From: Podarcis cretensis
Lineage: Eukaryota
Assembly: GCA_951804945.1 (NCBI GenBank)
Contig: OX638157.1
Coordinates: 51,646,001 to 51,710,000 of the forward strand
Reading direction: 5' to 3'
Length of the DNA stretch: 64,000 nucleotides
Part shown: positions 25,491-38,165 of the stretch, in pieces
Numbering within the stretch: the first letter of the stretch is position 1
Layout of the letters: each line of letters begins with the position of its first letter
Program-made: the position numbers and the translations under genes
The notes under the pieces: generated by a model
The model's database searches: none
The model's input: the letters and a program-made list of their open reading frames with translations, nothing else
What the model was told of the DNA's origin: nothing

Positions 25491-27197
25491 TGTAAACATA
25501 GCAAGTGTTGATGCCGAGATATAACAGAGTTCTTTGTATCTTAGGTATAGTATTTTGTTATCAGTGTGAATGTTTCTACCTGCCCCACTAGCAGTTCACA
25601 GTGTTCTGTTGGCAGTATAGCCATTACTGTAGACCTGAAAGTTATGGATGTCATACTGCACAGTAATTGATTTGGACCAGCTAACCATACCAAGCAACCT
25701 CTGTTTGGTTGTTTGCAAAGAAGTTTCTGTGCTTTCTTTCATGGAAGATATGCAGATGCACACTCAAGTGCTGCACAAATGGTTGCAGAATTTAAGAGGG
25801 CTTCAGAAATAATCTTCAATGCAGGACAACAAACTGCTGCTAGGGAATGAATGAACTAGCTGTAAAGGGATTCTCTGAATTGTGTCCATGATTGCTATAA
25901 TAAGATACTCAGTGTGGTATCAGTGTTAATTATTAAGTGGAAACAATAATATGTGATTGATGGATTGCCTAAAAAAATAAAAAGGGACAGTTATAGCCAG
26001 TTTTGATGCTACATCTGCTAGAAAAATTATTTCCTTTGGAATGATTAAGGTAATGCTCCAGCCATAAAAATACTTACTTTGGCAGCCTTCTTTGAACTCC
26101 ACAGTCCTATTCGGTGAATATTCTATGCCTTTCTAAAGCAGAATCACAGCTATTTTACTTACGGTAAAATTACACATGATTCAATCAAATATGAATCTTA
26201 AGAAAGACTCAGATGTAGGTTTTTCCTATTAGATTTCTCCCATCTTTTAAATGTAGTTTACCTTTTAGTCCTAACACAGATCCTTTATGCCATAAAAATA
26301 TCACAAGCAGATGCTGTAACAGGATTTGACACTTTTAGCATAATGTATTATACGTAAGAATGACAGCATGCAATAGTTTATTCTTTCAAGCAATTTTTCT
26401 AGAGGAATATAGCAATAAAATATGTTTCCTCTGGAATAAATACATGATCCATTGCAGATTATTTTTTTAAAAAGCTTTGTACTCTTCAGGACTGATACTA
26501 TATTTTACAGTGAGCCAGAAATACTCAGTTGAAATAACTGTAAGTCATCAGTGTGTTGGTGATTGCTTGTACCAGTATTTTGTATTTGTTTCTTCTTTCG
26601 CCAGTCGTTGTGCTCTTGTATCATATGGATTATTCGCATGTATAAAACACTTATTTTAAAACTAGATCAGTATGTATATCTCAGTTGCTGTTGCTGTTTT
26701 AGTCTGTGGCTGTACAGCACAATGCTAGGCATGTTTACTTGAAAGAAAATCTCACTGTGTTTATGGTCATACATCCAAGTAAGCAATCCTGTATAAAAGA
26801 AGCTGGCATAAAGTAAGCCAATCTAATTTAAGATGGCATAAGGTAACATCAAATAACACTCTTTGGCAGCGTGGCTACTACCAGCTGAGGCGGCCAAAGT
26901 CTGGCAGAAGGAAACAAGTCTTTCAAATGCTGCCTGAGTTACACCACCCTTTTTGCTGGTTTAACTTACGACAGATTGCCAGATCACATCATGTAGCTGA
27001 ATGGACTTAATTTCCACCCTAAATTCCCCATCTTTGGTCCCACCCCATTTCTAGAACACCCGTTTTTCAGGGCTAGTGCTGGCTTAAGATCCATTGGCTT
27101 TGGCTCAGCCAGCTGGGTTCCAGCTGAGCTGAAACAGCAGAGATATGCCAGCATAGCCCAGCTGTGCCAGGAACCACTTGGCTCAACCAGAGATCCA

Positions 27198-27334
27198 CTG
27201 ATCTCCTCAACGTCGGCCCTTCAGATGTTTTGAGACTACAATTCCCATCATCCCTGACCACTGGTCCTGCTAGCTAGGGATCATGGGAGTTGTAGGCCAA
27301 AAAACATTTGGAGGGCCAAGGTTGAGGAAGCCTG
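27198..27334. mobile_element. Palindromic hAT-type MITE
   Basis: CCTCAACGTCGGCCCTTCAGATGTTTTG..CAAAAACATTTGGAGGGCCAAGGTTGAGGAAGCCTG with long inverted arms. Confidence 0.8.
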
Positions 27335-27914
27335 TCCTAACCCTCTCATCCCTGCAGATCTTGCTATAGGATTGCTTCCAAAGTGTGTCTAGGATTTTAG
27401 TCTTACTGCACGATCCTAAACATGTTTACTCAAGAGGAAGTCCCACAACCGTTCTGTAAAACCTGTGTCTTGGTATAGTTGCATAGGACTGCTGCTTAGT
27501 TTGTTTTAGCTTGTTTTTAATATTTGGCTGCAGTTTCTTTTTCGTTAGCATATTTGTATATTTAAAATATCTACTGATGTAAAACTGTCTTGAATCCCTC
27601 TCAAGATTGTCACCAAATTCATTGTACTAGCCATGGGTCTTGATAACTTAAAAAGAAAAAAAAATCAATGTAAAACTTCCAACACAGAAACAATGAAATA
27701 ATGATAAATCATATAACAAAAGTTTTAAAAACTGTATTGGTTCATCATATCAAGGATATTTCATTACATAATAGATTACATTCTCTACCTACTTCATATT
27801 ACAGATGCAAATGCATTGGGAGACAGGTTTCTGTTTGTATCTGCCATCTAGCAAAGCACAATCTTTAGGTGTAGTCCTAGAAGAGTCCTGTGTAGAGGAA
27901 CAATGGTCAGTTCA

Positions 27915-27960
<46 letters not shown>

Positions 27961-27980
27961 GATAGATAGATAGATAGATA
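27915..27980. repeat. (GATA)n tetranucleotide microsatellite
   Basis: About 16 GATA units with one GAT interruption. Confidence 0.98.
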
Positions 27981-30900
27981 CTTCTCTAGATATAATTCTC
28001 TAGAAAGACAGGACATTATCTCTTTATCAATCAATGAATCAATTATCTGTTTGAATGTAGATTACTGCATATGAGAGTATTTTATGTTTAAAAGTGTACA
28101 CACCTTGGTAACCAATGTAGATTTCTGCATGTGTTCAGAATGGATCACATTAAAGGGGGTTGTTCTCCCCAACTGTTAGGATTTCCTTTTGGTGGAAAAG
28201 TTTCAGAGTGATTTAGTATATGCATCAATGAGAAAAGCTAGTTGTAGCAATTCAGAGCATGCATTCCACTTTATGAAAGGGAATTGTAAAAATCCTTTAA
28301 AAATGACATTTGAAAAAGCATTAAAATACAATTTCCCTCTGATAAGGTTTTAAGACATTCATATGAAAAATTATACCACCCAGAGAGGGTTTGTGTCATC
28401 GTAATGCAATGTTGTGTTGCTCATAAGTGGCATTAATCCATTAAGACTGCAATAATTTATTGTTATCTGTCATTAGATAAAATTATATATATTGGTTCAA
28501 TCATTTGGTTTGCTGAAGTGCAATAATCTGTGTAATGCTAAGAATTAGTAAACTGTTGTGAATATGTTTTTCCAGATCAGATAATATATTCATCAGATGC
28601 TAAATAAACCTTTTAATAGATTGTGATAATTTTGAGATACTCAGCAAAATTGATTTGTAAATTACTTAAGAATATTTGACACCCTGATTCCTCAGTCCTA
28701 AATACCTCAACATAATTTATATTTTAATAAGGAATATTTAGTATTGCTATTGATATTAACAATAAATTATGGGAAACTAGAAACAGGAATCATGACCTTA
28801 ACTAATCTAAAAGAGCATATATGTTAGACCTGTATAGGCAAATAATTTATTCAAAGCTTGTCTGGATCTATATAGTCTAATAAAAGAATTAACCCATTTA
28901 AATTAAATTATAAATACAAAATTCCAAAATTCCTGTTAAGATAGGCTAAACAATGGCATAAAATTCTGAGTTTAGATTACTATTACACCCCTAACCCTAT
29001 TCCACTCCTTGAAAATAAATGATCTATCAAGATTTGCAGTTTAGCCCAGACTAGTATGTTAAACTTCACTTCCACATTATTCAGTTTCACTATCAATCAT
29101 GGATCGTGTCCCAGATGATTAGAAATTTATCAGTGTTGTGGGCATCTTTATTGGGATACTAGAGGGTCTCCGAAAGGCCTTGCAATGCATACTTGCCCTT
29201 CTGTGTTTCGCAAATGATGTCAAATAGTAGAAAGTTTACTGCAGATTCTCTAGAGAAGCCATTGTGCACCCAGCCCTTTTTCCTCATAGTCCACTTGACT
29301 GCTCCATTGAAGAAAACCTATGTAAAGTCATGCTATGATGACAAGCCTTCTGCCTATCAGCTTTCCCCTTTTAAAAGAAAAAACTTAATGTAAGATGTTC
29401 ATAAGTGCTCATTCCATTCTGATGTGAATATTCAGAAAGCTGTGAAGCTGCAAGTGGCAGCGTTTAATACTGTGTCTTATAATGCCTGAATAATTTTCCA
29501 GAGAATGATCGCTGCAGCTGCTGTGAGGATGTATATTTGTTTATTTTCCACCTTGGTCCTTCTGGAATGCTGACATAGCTAATCTGCCATGCACATAGGA
29601 GAGAATGGTTTCATATTCATAGCTCTCTGCCATTCTTTCGAACAAACAGAATCGGAAGCCAAACCTTTGGACAATGTATGCTACTGTAATCCCAGAGAGT
29701 TTATTTGAACTGACTCTTCCGAGCCTCTTTCTTGAGTGAAGAATCTGAAGTGTCTTCATGAGGAATTTGGAAAAAGAGAGGTAGAAGCTGTCCTTTGTGC
29801 TTTTTAACAGATGCTTGTGAGAGAAAAGGGGATGGCATAGGCTGTCGGGGTGAGTTATAGAATGCATTTTGTGATCTTCCCCTGGTAGTACTGCTCATTA
29901 TGTTAAACAGTGTAGCTCTTAAACCCTCTGTAGTTTTCATTTTATGTGCATTGGCCTTCATTTGCTGAAATGCTTCAAGTTCACAGCACTAAAGTCATTT
30001 TGAAAACAGGATGTAATTACAAAGGTTTCTTATGCTTACCCACAGCTTTTTGGGACCAATGTAATTATCATTACATGGGGATACTGTAAATTGAATATCC
30101 CTTCCCTAATTACATTAAACTCAAGGGTTAGCTGCTTAAGCATCCAAATAAGAAAAGTTCACCCTTCGCTATAAATAGTAGAATTGTTCTGTTAGTTAAG
30201 TTGACCTTTAAAGCTCAGCATTTACATGATATTGTCAGGTGTACATTATAAAGATAGCTTGTAATGAGATCTGTAATGAGTAACCCAGTTATAATGGCCT
30301 TTTCTAAAAGTTCATTTATTCAGCATTTTCTAACGGCATGATGAAATTAAAGTTTGAATCTGTGCATGTCAGGCCCTTTTTAAGGGTCCAGTCACACTGT
30401 TCTTAGTTTCGTGCTGTCCTGCCAACGGCTGGAATTAGTTTAACAATCCTGCCACAGCACAAAATTGACAAAAGTTACTATACATGTGATTAGTTAGTCC
30501 TGCCTATGTAAAGAAGAGCATTGAAAGGTTTAGTGTGTTCATTGATTTAGTGTTTTTTTGTTCTACTTTCTCCTCCTTTGTGAATATATTCTAGTCTAGC
30601 AACATTTTGTGAAAAATAAAGTTGGAGGGTGTGAGTCGATGGAAGTGAATTCTCATAACTTTGGTGGTTGTGTCTGTACGTGTGTCCTAATCTATTTGTA
30701 GTTGTAAATGTATTTGCAGTTGTATTAGTTATATGTTTTGTCACTGGAGGAAAATGTTCTACTAAGTATTGATACTTGATGGATTTCTGCTTGTTTGCAA
30801 ATTAAAAATATTAATGTTCCACATAGCTATCTCTTACTATTGAGTTTGTTTTTCTACTATGGCTTCAATAAAATACCATTCCACTATTGAAACTCCCTTA

Positions 30901-33110
30901 CCCCACCCCGCCGACACTTTTTACTGAATTCCCTTTATAAGCAATCACTTGAAAATGACAACCTGCTTATGTTGGACAAATCGGGAAGTATGCATTACAA
31001 AGGAATTTTCCTACTGTACATAAACTATAATTTTGACCAAACAAAATGAACACTAAAGTAACTTACTAAACAGCACAGCGCAAAGCTTGAATTGCAATAA
31101 CCTAATGATTTAAACATGTTATCTTTTTAGTCTTGTGCTCCACTTTCTTGTACAATCATGCTTTCCTGATTTGAGTAGTAAATTATTTTTCTTGAATGTG
31201 TTTCTATTAATTTTAACATTAAACAGACTTTTGATCTAAATCACATTTATTTTAGCAAAACGTTAGAATCAAGTCAATTGTGTTATTTGACTTGTACAAT
31301 AATATAAGGATTAGAATATACAAGAAAAACGAACACATCCCATTCGGCTATGAAATATAGGATTATGTTTTCTATTATCAGACATTATGCAACCTCGGGC
31401 AGGGGTGGAGAAACAGGCTGCAGTTTTATGTGACTGACTGAATTGGAATTCATTCAAAGCATTTTTGCAGAAATATGTGTGAGGCTAGACAGTGCCACTA
31501 ACCAAGTAAGTAAACTATTCAATTGTGAGGAGAACAAAGAGGTTACACCAAGAAGACAAATGAGACAGACGGCCTCTCTGAAAGTACAGCGGAATGCAGA
31601 GAGCCCTTTTCACCTGTTGATTCTTGGCTCAACTACAGTCCAGATATGTAGCCACCAAAAGTTATTTACCATCTGTTGGCTTGCCACTTCTCTGGGAAAC
31701 TTTGGAAATGTGATCTCCCATTTCTAAACAGATTTACTTGGTGCAACAATATATCTAAGTGGAACTTTCACACAAGAGTACTTCGCAGTCATCCTGCCCT
31801 TTCCCTCTCCTCTGCTGTATCTGTTCAATGCTGGCAGACAAGGATGGCCTGTCATTTAGTCAGAGGGAGGCAGCTGCCTCAAGTGTTGGACGTACGTAGC
31901 AGCAATAAGGTGTTTGTAGACAGCTGTGTGTACTATGTGGTCAGCCTTGCACCCCCTACGGTGGAAGACGCTGCCCCATGACCAGTGTTGAATATAGATT
32001 CAGCTGCCAGTCTGGTTTGCATCTGTATGTGGGGAGGAGTGCAGTATGGTCCACCTCAGGCAGTAAAATGTTTGGGGCTGCTGCTCCTAGTGGAGCCATT
32101 GGCTGCAATGCTTATTGCCACATTCCATGTGGAAGAAGTGCGCTACAACTAGACAAATTGCTACTCTTGTAATTAAAGGGAAACCCTGTTTGCTGCAGCT
32201 GCTGACCAATTCCTGGCTGCACAGATGTTGGTTCTGTTCTTATAGTCCTTTAGGTGAGCCACAAGTTTTAAACAACTGAATGGGTGGCTTTTCCCACATT
32301 CAGCTGAACTGATAGACTGAATTCATTCTCATGTGTTGTGAGGTGACTGGTACTATAGCTGGGTTTTATAAAGGTCACCAGTGGAGGATAGAATCGGAAT
32401 ATGGACCTCCTAAGCAAGTGGGCATGATTTGGATGCTGACTCAGAAGGGAAGCAAGACTAAGACTGGATGGAGCAAAGGGAAAGGTTAGGCAGAGACTGC
32501 ACAGGACCAGATTTGAGTCCATCCTTAGCTATGAGTAGCAGCAAGCTCTGTTTCTTTTCTACTTTTAATACCCCAAACCCAGCCCTGAGGTTCTATCCAG
32601 CACTCTGTGGAGTTCCACAAAAATGGAATTTCTCCTCCCTCAACCCAAGCGCCCTCAAAATCTGCTCTGGAGGGCCCCCACTGGAGGGTGTAGAGAGGGG
32701 TTGCAAGGGAGAGGAGATGGTAGGGCTGCCATACGTCCTGGATCTTAGGCAAGTCAATTGAAAAAATTAGTTTTTTGGCATTTTCAAAAAGTTGAGGTTC
32801 TCTGAAGTCTAGTGGAACATCAGCTTTGGTTACAACCCCTGGCCTGAAAGGGGCCTTGTCTTGTGACTGTTGCGATTTTCTGTTGTAGGTCTATTTCTGT
32901 CCCTTCTGCAATTAGCCTAGCATATAGTTTACACTTTCTGTGAAATATGTGTGCTACACTTCTGTTTTAGAATGAATTGGTAGCCACGATACGCAACATA
33001 AATAAATTCTATTGCTGAAATGAATAGAAGCTTTGCTGAGATAGTTTGTACTTCAATGTGCGGAAGTCCTGTTGTTGCAGAATAGGGAAGTATGTAAAAA
33101 GTAATTATGT

Positions 33111-33520
33111 CAGCTGTGCTGTCTACTATTGGAAAGCTGGTTATCTGGAATTTCAGTTATCCGAACAAAAGAATTATACCCAAACCTCACTACATGAATA
33201 GCTGATTCTGATATAAGGAAGTGGCAAACTCTGGCTGTTCAGATTTGTCTGTGTTTCACTGGCTGTTGGCAGTCATTCTGAGAGGAAACCATGAATGGAG
33301 GGAGATCGGACCATTCAGGTAGCAGGAGAGATCAGATAGGGAACAGTTTTTCCTTGTATTTGTCTTTTGCTCTGGTTGGCTGCAGCAGTTTGGGCTGAAA
33401 CTGGGCGGGGGGGGGGAGATAAGAGAAATCACAGATTAGAATGTTCCCATAGGAAATAATGGAAATAATCAGCTCATTATGCAAATCTTGCCAATACCAG
33501 AAACTCATTATATGCTGTGT
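33111..33520. repeat. Dispersed repeat, copy B (homologous to 3315-3700)
   Basis: Same collinear blocks as copy A; ends in CAGCTCATTATGCAAAT. Confidence 0.7.
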
Positions 33521-34189
33521 AAAGATAGCTGGGAAAGGGGAAATTTGCTGGGAGTGGGCAGAGGAAAGGAAGGTCTCCCTTTTCAGAGGAAGTGTTAAAG
33601 TAAATTAGAAAGTGAGATGATTATTGTTGTTGTAAAAAAAACCAAAGCTGTTACTGGAGGAAGAAGTGAATGCAAAAAGACAAGACAAGAGAGTTGAAAG
33701 AAACTGGCAGTTTGGGGAAAGGTGAATAGGGTACAAGTTGAGTAGGGAAAGAGAATAGAAGAAATTACAGGAAATGGGTAATAATAAGATGTATATGGGA
33801 CTGGCAATGGGAATATAGATATTTTTAAAAGTTTTCCCTGCTTAGAGCCTCTGGATCAGCAAATCCTGTTTGAACTGATAAGGATTCACAAAACTTTCAG
33901 ATCAAACTTAGCTTGAGGAAAGCAGAGTTCCTTCTGGGTGCAAGGAAAAAACACAGGAAAGAACGTAGCAATTTCCAAAAATTGGCATCAGTAGAAAGTG
34001 ATGTTAGTAATTGTGACATGATTATGCCAAACTCTGCCTCCACCTGCCATCATTCTGAGACTGGGTCTGGGTCTGCACCTCTGTTTTGTGACTAGTGGGC
34101 CTCATAAATCTTTCAGGCATTTGAAGTAGGCCTGGGAATAAGAATCTATACGACCCCGTTGCAATTATGCCAGCACCCTTTAAGCTTAT

Positions 34190-34848
34190 TGTCAGGGGCT
34201 CAGGAGCAGAGGCACAGGGAAGAGAGGAGATGGAGAGCAAAGGGGAAGAATCCGAGGGGAGCGTAGGAGAAGAGGACAGTGGACCGAGGGATTCCATGAG
34301 CCTCTCCAGCGAATTGGAAGATTCACAGAAGGGGGCGCCAGTGGCCAGGGGTAGGGGGTTCCCAAGGGGAACGCCCCAGGAACAAGGGGGCAGCAGGGAC
34401 TCCCAGAGCAGTAGCTGGAAATCAGGACCAGCTTCCCCACCAGAGCAGAGTGGGGGGGAAGAGTCCCAAGGATCGGGGCCAGTGCATTCTCCACCAGGGA
34501 GAGAAGATAAGGCAGGGCTGACCACGCCTCCATCAGAAAGTCGGACAACGGAGGAGAGGTCAGATCCGGCCAGTGTCCCGGAAGAGGGAAGCAGTGACCG
34601 AAGTAGTGTAACGGTTAGAGAAAGGTCACTGGGCTGGCGCGAGAGGCAAGTTCAAATGTACAGGAGCGCGGGACAGCAGAGAATGAGGATTGGGAACCGG
34701 GTCCTAAAGCCCGCCGGAGGAAGGGGGAGGAGCTAAGCGACTCAGCGTCGGAAGAGTCCAGAAAGGGCAATGCCCCAGCGGGCAGGAGGACCCAGAGGAG
34801 GAGAGAGCAGCGTAAAAGGTGGAGCAGGGCTAGGATCTTAAACTGGTG
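34190..34848 (+). mobile_element. Gypsy-type LTR segment (3'-truncated) carrying a purine-rich reading frame
   Basis: Abrupt start TGTCAGGGGCTCAGGAGC, a typical LTR TG start. G/A- and CpG-rich relative to flanks, with an abrupt end after TTAAACTGG. Resembles squamate Gypsy LTRs as recalled. Confidence 0.6.
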
Positions 34849-37736
34849 GTTTTTTTGTGTGTGGAAAGGACACTTTTTAATAAAGGTAGTACCCACATTT
34901 CCCCAGCACATAGAACTGCTCTTCTGGGTGTTTGTTAGCCCTTTGAACCCACAAAGAAACCCTAGTTTATACATAATTGTTTGCATAAAGACCCACATAT
35001 AATGGCAATAGCAAATGTTGGAGAGCAGTAGGCATGCCATAGTGGGAGGTAGGGCTGCTCACTTTTTGGTCATTTTGGGGGGCGGGATATATTTTTATTT
35101 ATTTTCAAGAATTGTATCTAGGTACAGAGTAATAAAAATGCCTTCAGCAGTACAGATATTTGTCATTTTTGAGTCAGTAACAGTTATGCAAAGGTTGATG
35201 AATGCAATACATCAAGTAACAACAGAACAAAAAACTGTTTAACCCACCCACCCAAATTATTATTTTTCTTAACAATTCACACACAGTACAGTGCATCAGA
35301 ATAGCACTCAAGCAAAACTCTTGTTGCAAGTGGGAGACAAAGAAGATAATTTTGCTGGCATTATTAAAATGACAATTTGTTGATCAATAGCAGCTTGTTT
35401 TCGAATCTATTCCTTTAGCCACTTTATTTGTACACATGTACACTCTTTCATCTTGCTCATTCTAAGCTTTCTTATGAACTGCATCCTAAGCTAAACATTT
35501 CAATGATTTCCCCCCTAGAATTCTGCAGGCTTAAAGGGTTTCTGTTGCCTGCTTCAACTATTTAGATTAAAAGCAGTTGCTGCTGAATTTGCACAGCGTT
35601 CAGATGGGATTGTGCTTTCATGCTCCTTCAAACAGATGGATAACCTCTGTCTGTTGATAGATTTGGATGGCCTAGTTGGCATTTCTTTCATCCCTGAACA
35701 TACGCTGAAGTACCGTACTTGGAAGCTGTTTTGTGAAAGCGTTAGTTACTCCTGGTTTTAGGCTTGTGTAAACAATAATTTCCTCTGTCCTAGGAATTGT
35801 TTTCCCCCCCTCTTGTTGGGCTAAAATTGGTTGTGGTCTACATGTTCATCTGTGTTTTTCATTTTCGTTTAGATCAGAATTATAAGGCATAACTGGTTTT
35901 GTTTGTATTACACAAATTGGTTGCTTTTGTGATTTTTAAAAAGACTTCTATTCTAGTCTTTATTTTATTTTTTTGGTAATACTTGTTCCAAGGAACATTC
36001 ATTACAACTTCTTTTTTCATAACACATAACATTTTGAAATAATGAAATGGGGCAGATTCCTTCTAAGCTTGAGTTAAGGCCAACATTATTTTTGTGATAC
36101 CCTGCTTAGCCTTTTCTACAAGCAAGTTTATTTCTTTCCTTCTCCCTGCTCCTTTGCCCCCACATTAAACCGGTCTTGTACTCCAACTATCTCTAAAAAT
36201 TTATGAATTCTTTCAAAAATGGATTATTACATTGAAATCTGGTATATACAGACCTACTCCCAGGTAGGTCTGTATAAGATTGCAATCTGGGTTGTGCAAA
36301 GTATGTAAATTAGGCTTCCTCTAACAACAGAATGTGTGAACTGTGCATTTTGTATTCACAGGGGAAACTAGTATCCATACTTTCAAGCTGAAAAATATTC
36401 AGCATCTGCTATTTGATGCTACTTTTCATAGTGGTTTCTGAATTGAGCTGTTATTTCCTGAGTATCTGACCCTTAAGCCTCTAGTCCCTTTTTGCACTGC
36501 TGTGTTGTCTTAGCCAAGCCAGTGGTGTCCTAAGTTTGGGTGATAATATTAGGGTCTTTTATTTAAGCTTTCCAGCTACCTGCCTGTGGTGTTCCATTTG
36601 TTCTATGGGCAAGAACATTTTCTCCACATGGGCCTAGCTCCTAAGTTCTGTTCCAGCAGAGAAATAAATTACAGACTCAGTATAATGAGAACATCAGTGT
36701 CCAGTAAATGTCATTTTAGTTGTGAGAACACTATTATGTGGGGCAACATTTAAGAATTTTTCTGTAATTTTTCTATTTCTCAAATAATGTTCCAGTTTAT
36801 ACATGATCTGTGTGAATTGTTTTGTAGGATAGCTGCTGCTGAGATTGCCAGTAGAATGCCAGATATAATACTAAGTCTGATAGTGCCAAAAGCAATTAAC
36901 TATTTGTTTCAGCCAATTTAAGTATGCTTTCTCAAATAATTATACCTCCTACCTCCTTAATTGGTGGTGATGATCCTTATAAGATGAATAAGAAAAGGCA
37001 TTTATTTCCTAACAGCCTTAATTCATTATGGCCACCAGTCTTAATAATGAATCAGACAATCCACCAAATGACTAAAATCTGCACATAGTAATTATGAAAG
37101 TTGTCTGGATTGCGAATATGCACTAGACACCTTTGATTATTCTTCCTTGTCAGCTGGCACCCTGGCTCTGGTCCCAAGAGTTCTCCATACCCCCAGGTAG
37201 TCTCTTATCCTTAGAAATTCCCCCTGGTCATCACAGGACCTTCCCTGTTTTTTAAATTCATCTTTCCTTCTCTTAACATGCTTTCCTCCCCTTTCTGGCT
37301 CACTAGTGGGGTTAACAGCCCCAGACCTATATTTCCTGTTCCTCTTTCCTTCTGTCCTCCCCTTAGCCCTCACTATGGCAGGGCAATTTCCCTCTGCTTG
37401 CTCCTGTGTTCTGAAACTCTTTGGTCTTCTCTCTTTGTGTCTTGTATTTCTTCACATCCTTCCTTTGCCACTCTGTGCTCTATCTCTCTTCTCTCCCTTT
37501 GTCTTCTCCCCCCCCCCCACTCCCCACATCCGTGGGACCAGAGCCAAGCTCTCCTGTACACAGGCTTTTAAGTTGTTGCATGTCGTGCTGTGTCTTGCCA
37601 ATGTAGATTATCACCACGCAGCTCCACGTCAAGTCCTGACACCTTTGTGTCTTGCCAGACTGGCTGAAAAGCTCCACTGAGACTGCCCCCACTGGGGTCC
37701 TCTCACATTCTTAGGGCCTGTCCACATTTGAGCATT

Positions 37737-38165
37737 GTTGTTGTTGGCATCCGTCTGGCTCTAAAGGCAATGGAGTATGCTTCCAGGGTCAAAGTCAACA
37801 TCTCCATAGTGACATCTCCAGGGAGCAAGCCTGCGCAGTGTATATGGAGTTTACTCCTTAGCCTTTTCTTCTCTCAAAGATACCCTCCTGCCCCTCACTT
37901 GCCTCTACAGCAGGCATTCTCAGACTCGGCCCTCCAGCTGTTTTGGGACTACAACTCCCATCAGCTAACAGGACCAGTGGTCAGGGATGATGGGAATTGT
38001 AGTCCCAAAACAGCTGGAGGGCCAAGTTTAGGGATGCCTGCTCTACAGCAACTACAGGAACTTCCTTCTTGATCATTGAACCCACTATTATTCTCGTCTG
38101 CTGAATCCATCAGAGCCTGTCTTCGCACGCAGGGGAAGTCCCTCACTCATGGAGGGTTTGAGACC
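37737..38165 (-). mobile_element. Non-autonomous RTE-derived retroposon (5'-UTR piece fused to RTE 3' end), interrupted by a MITE
   Basis: Minus strand ends ..CTCCATTGCCTTTAGAGCCAGACGGATGCCAACAACAAC, an RTE-type 3' end. The 5' part aligns to 52900-53045. TSD is CATTTGAG(C/A)ATT at 37725-37736 and 38166-38177. Confidence 0.7.
37911..38040. mobile_element. hAT MITE with perfect 8-bp TSD
   Basis: CAGGCATTCTCAGACTCGGCCCTCCAGCTGTTTTGGGACTACAA and its inverse at the right end; TSD CTCTACAG at 37903-37910 and 38041-38048. Confidence 0.92.

Noticed and set aside
28600-29100. Possible ancient L1 fragment
   Set aside because: A-rich and suggestive, but no diagnostic ORF2 motif could be read.
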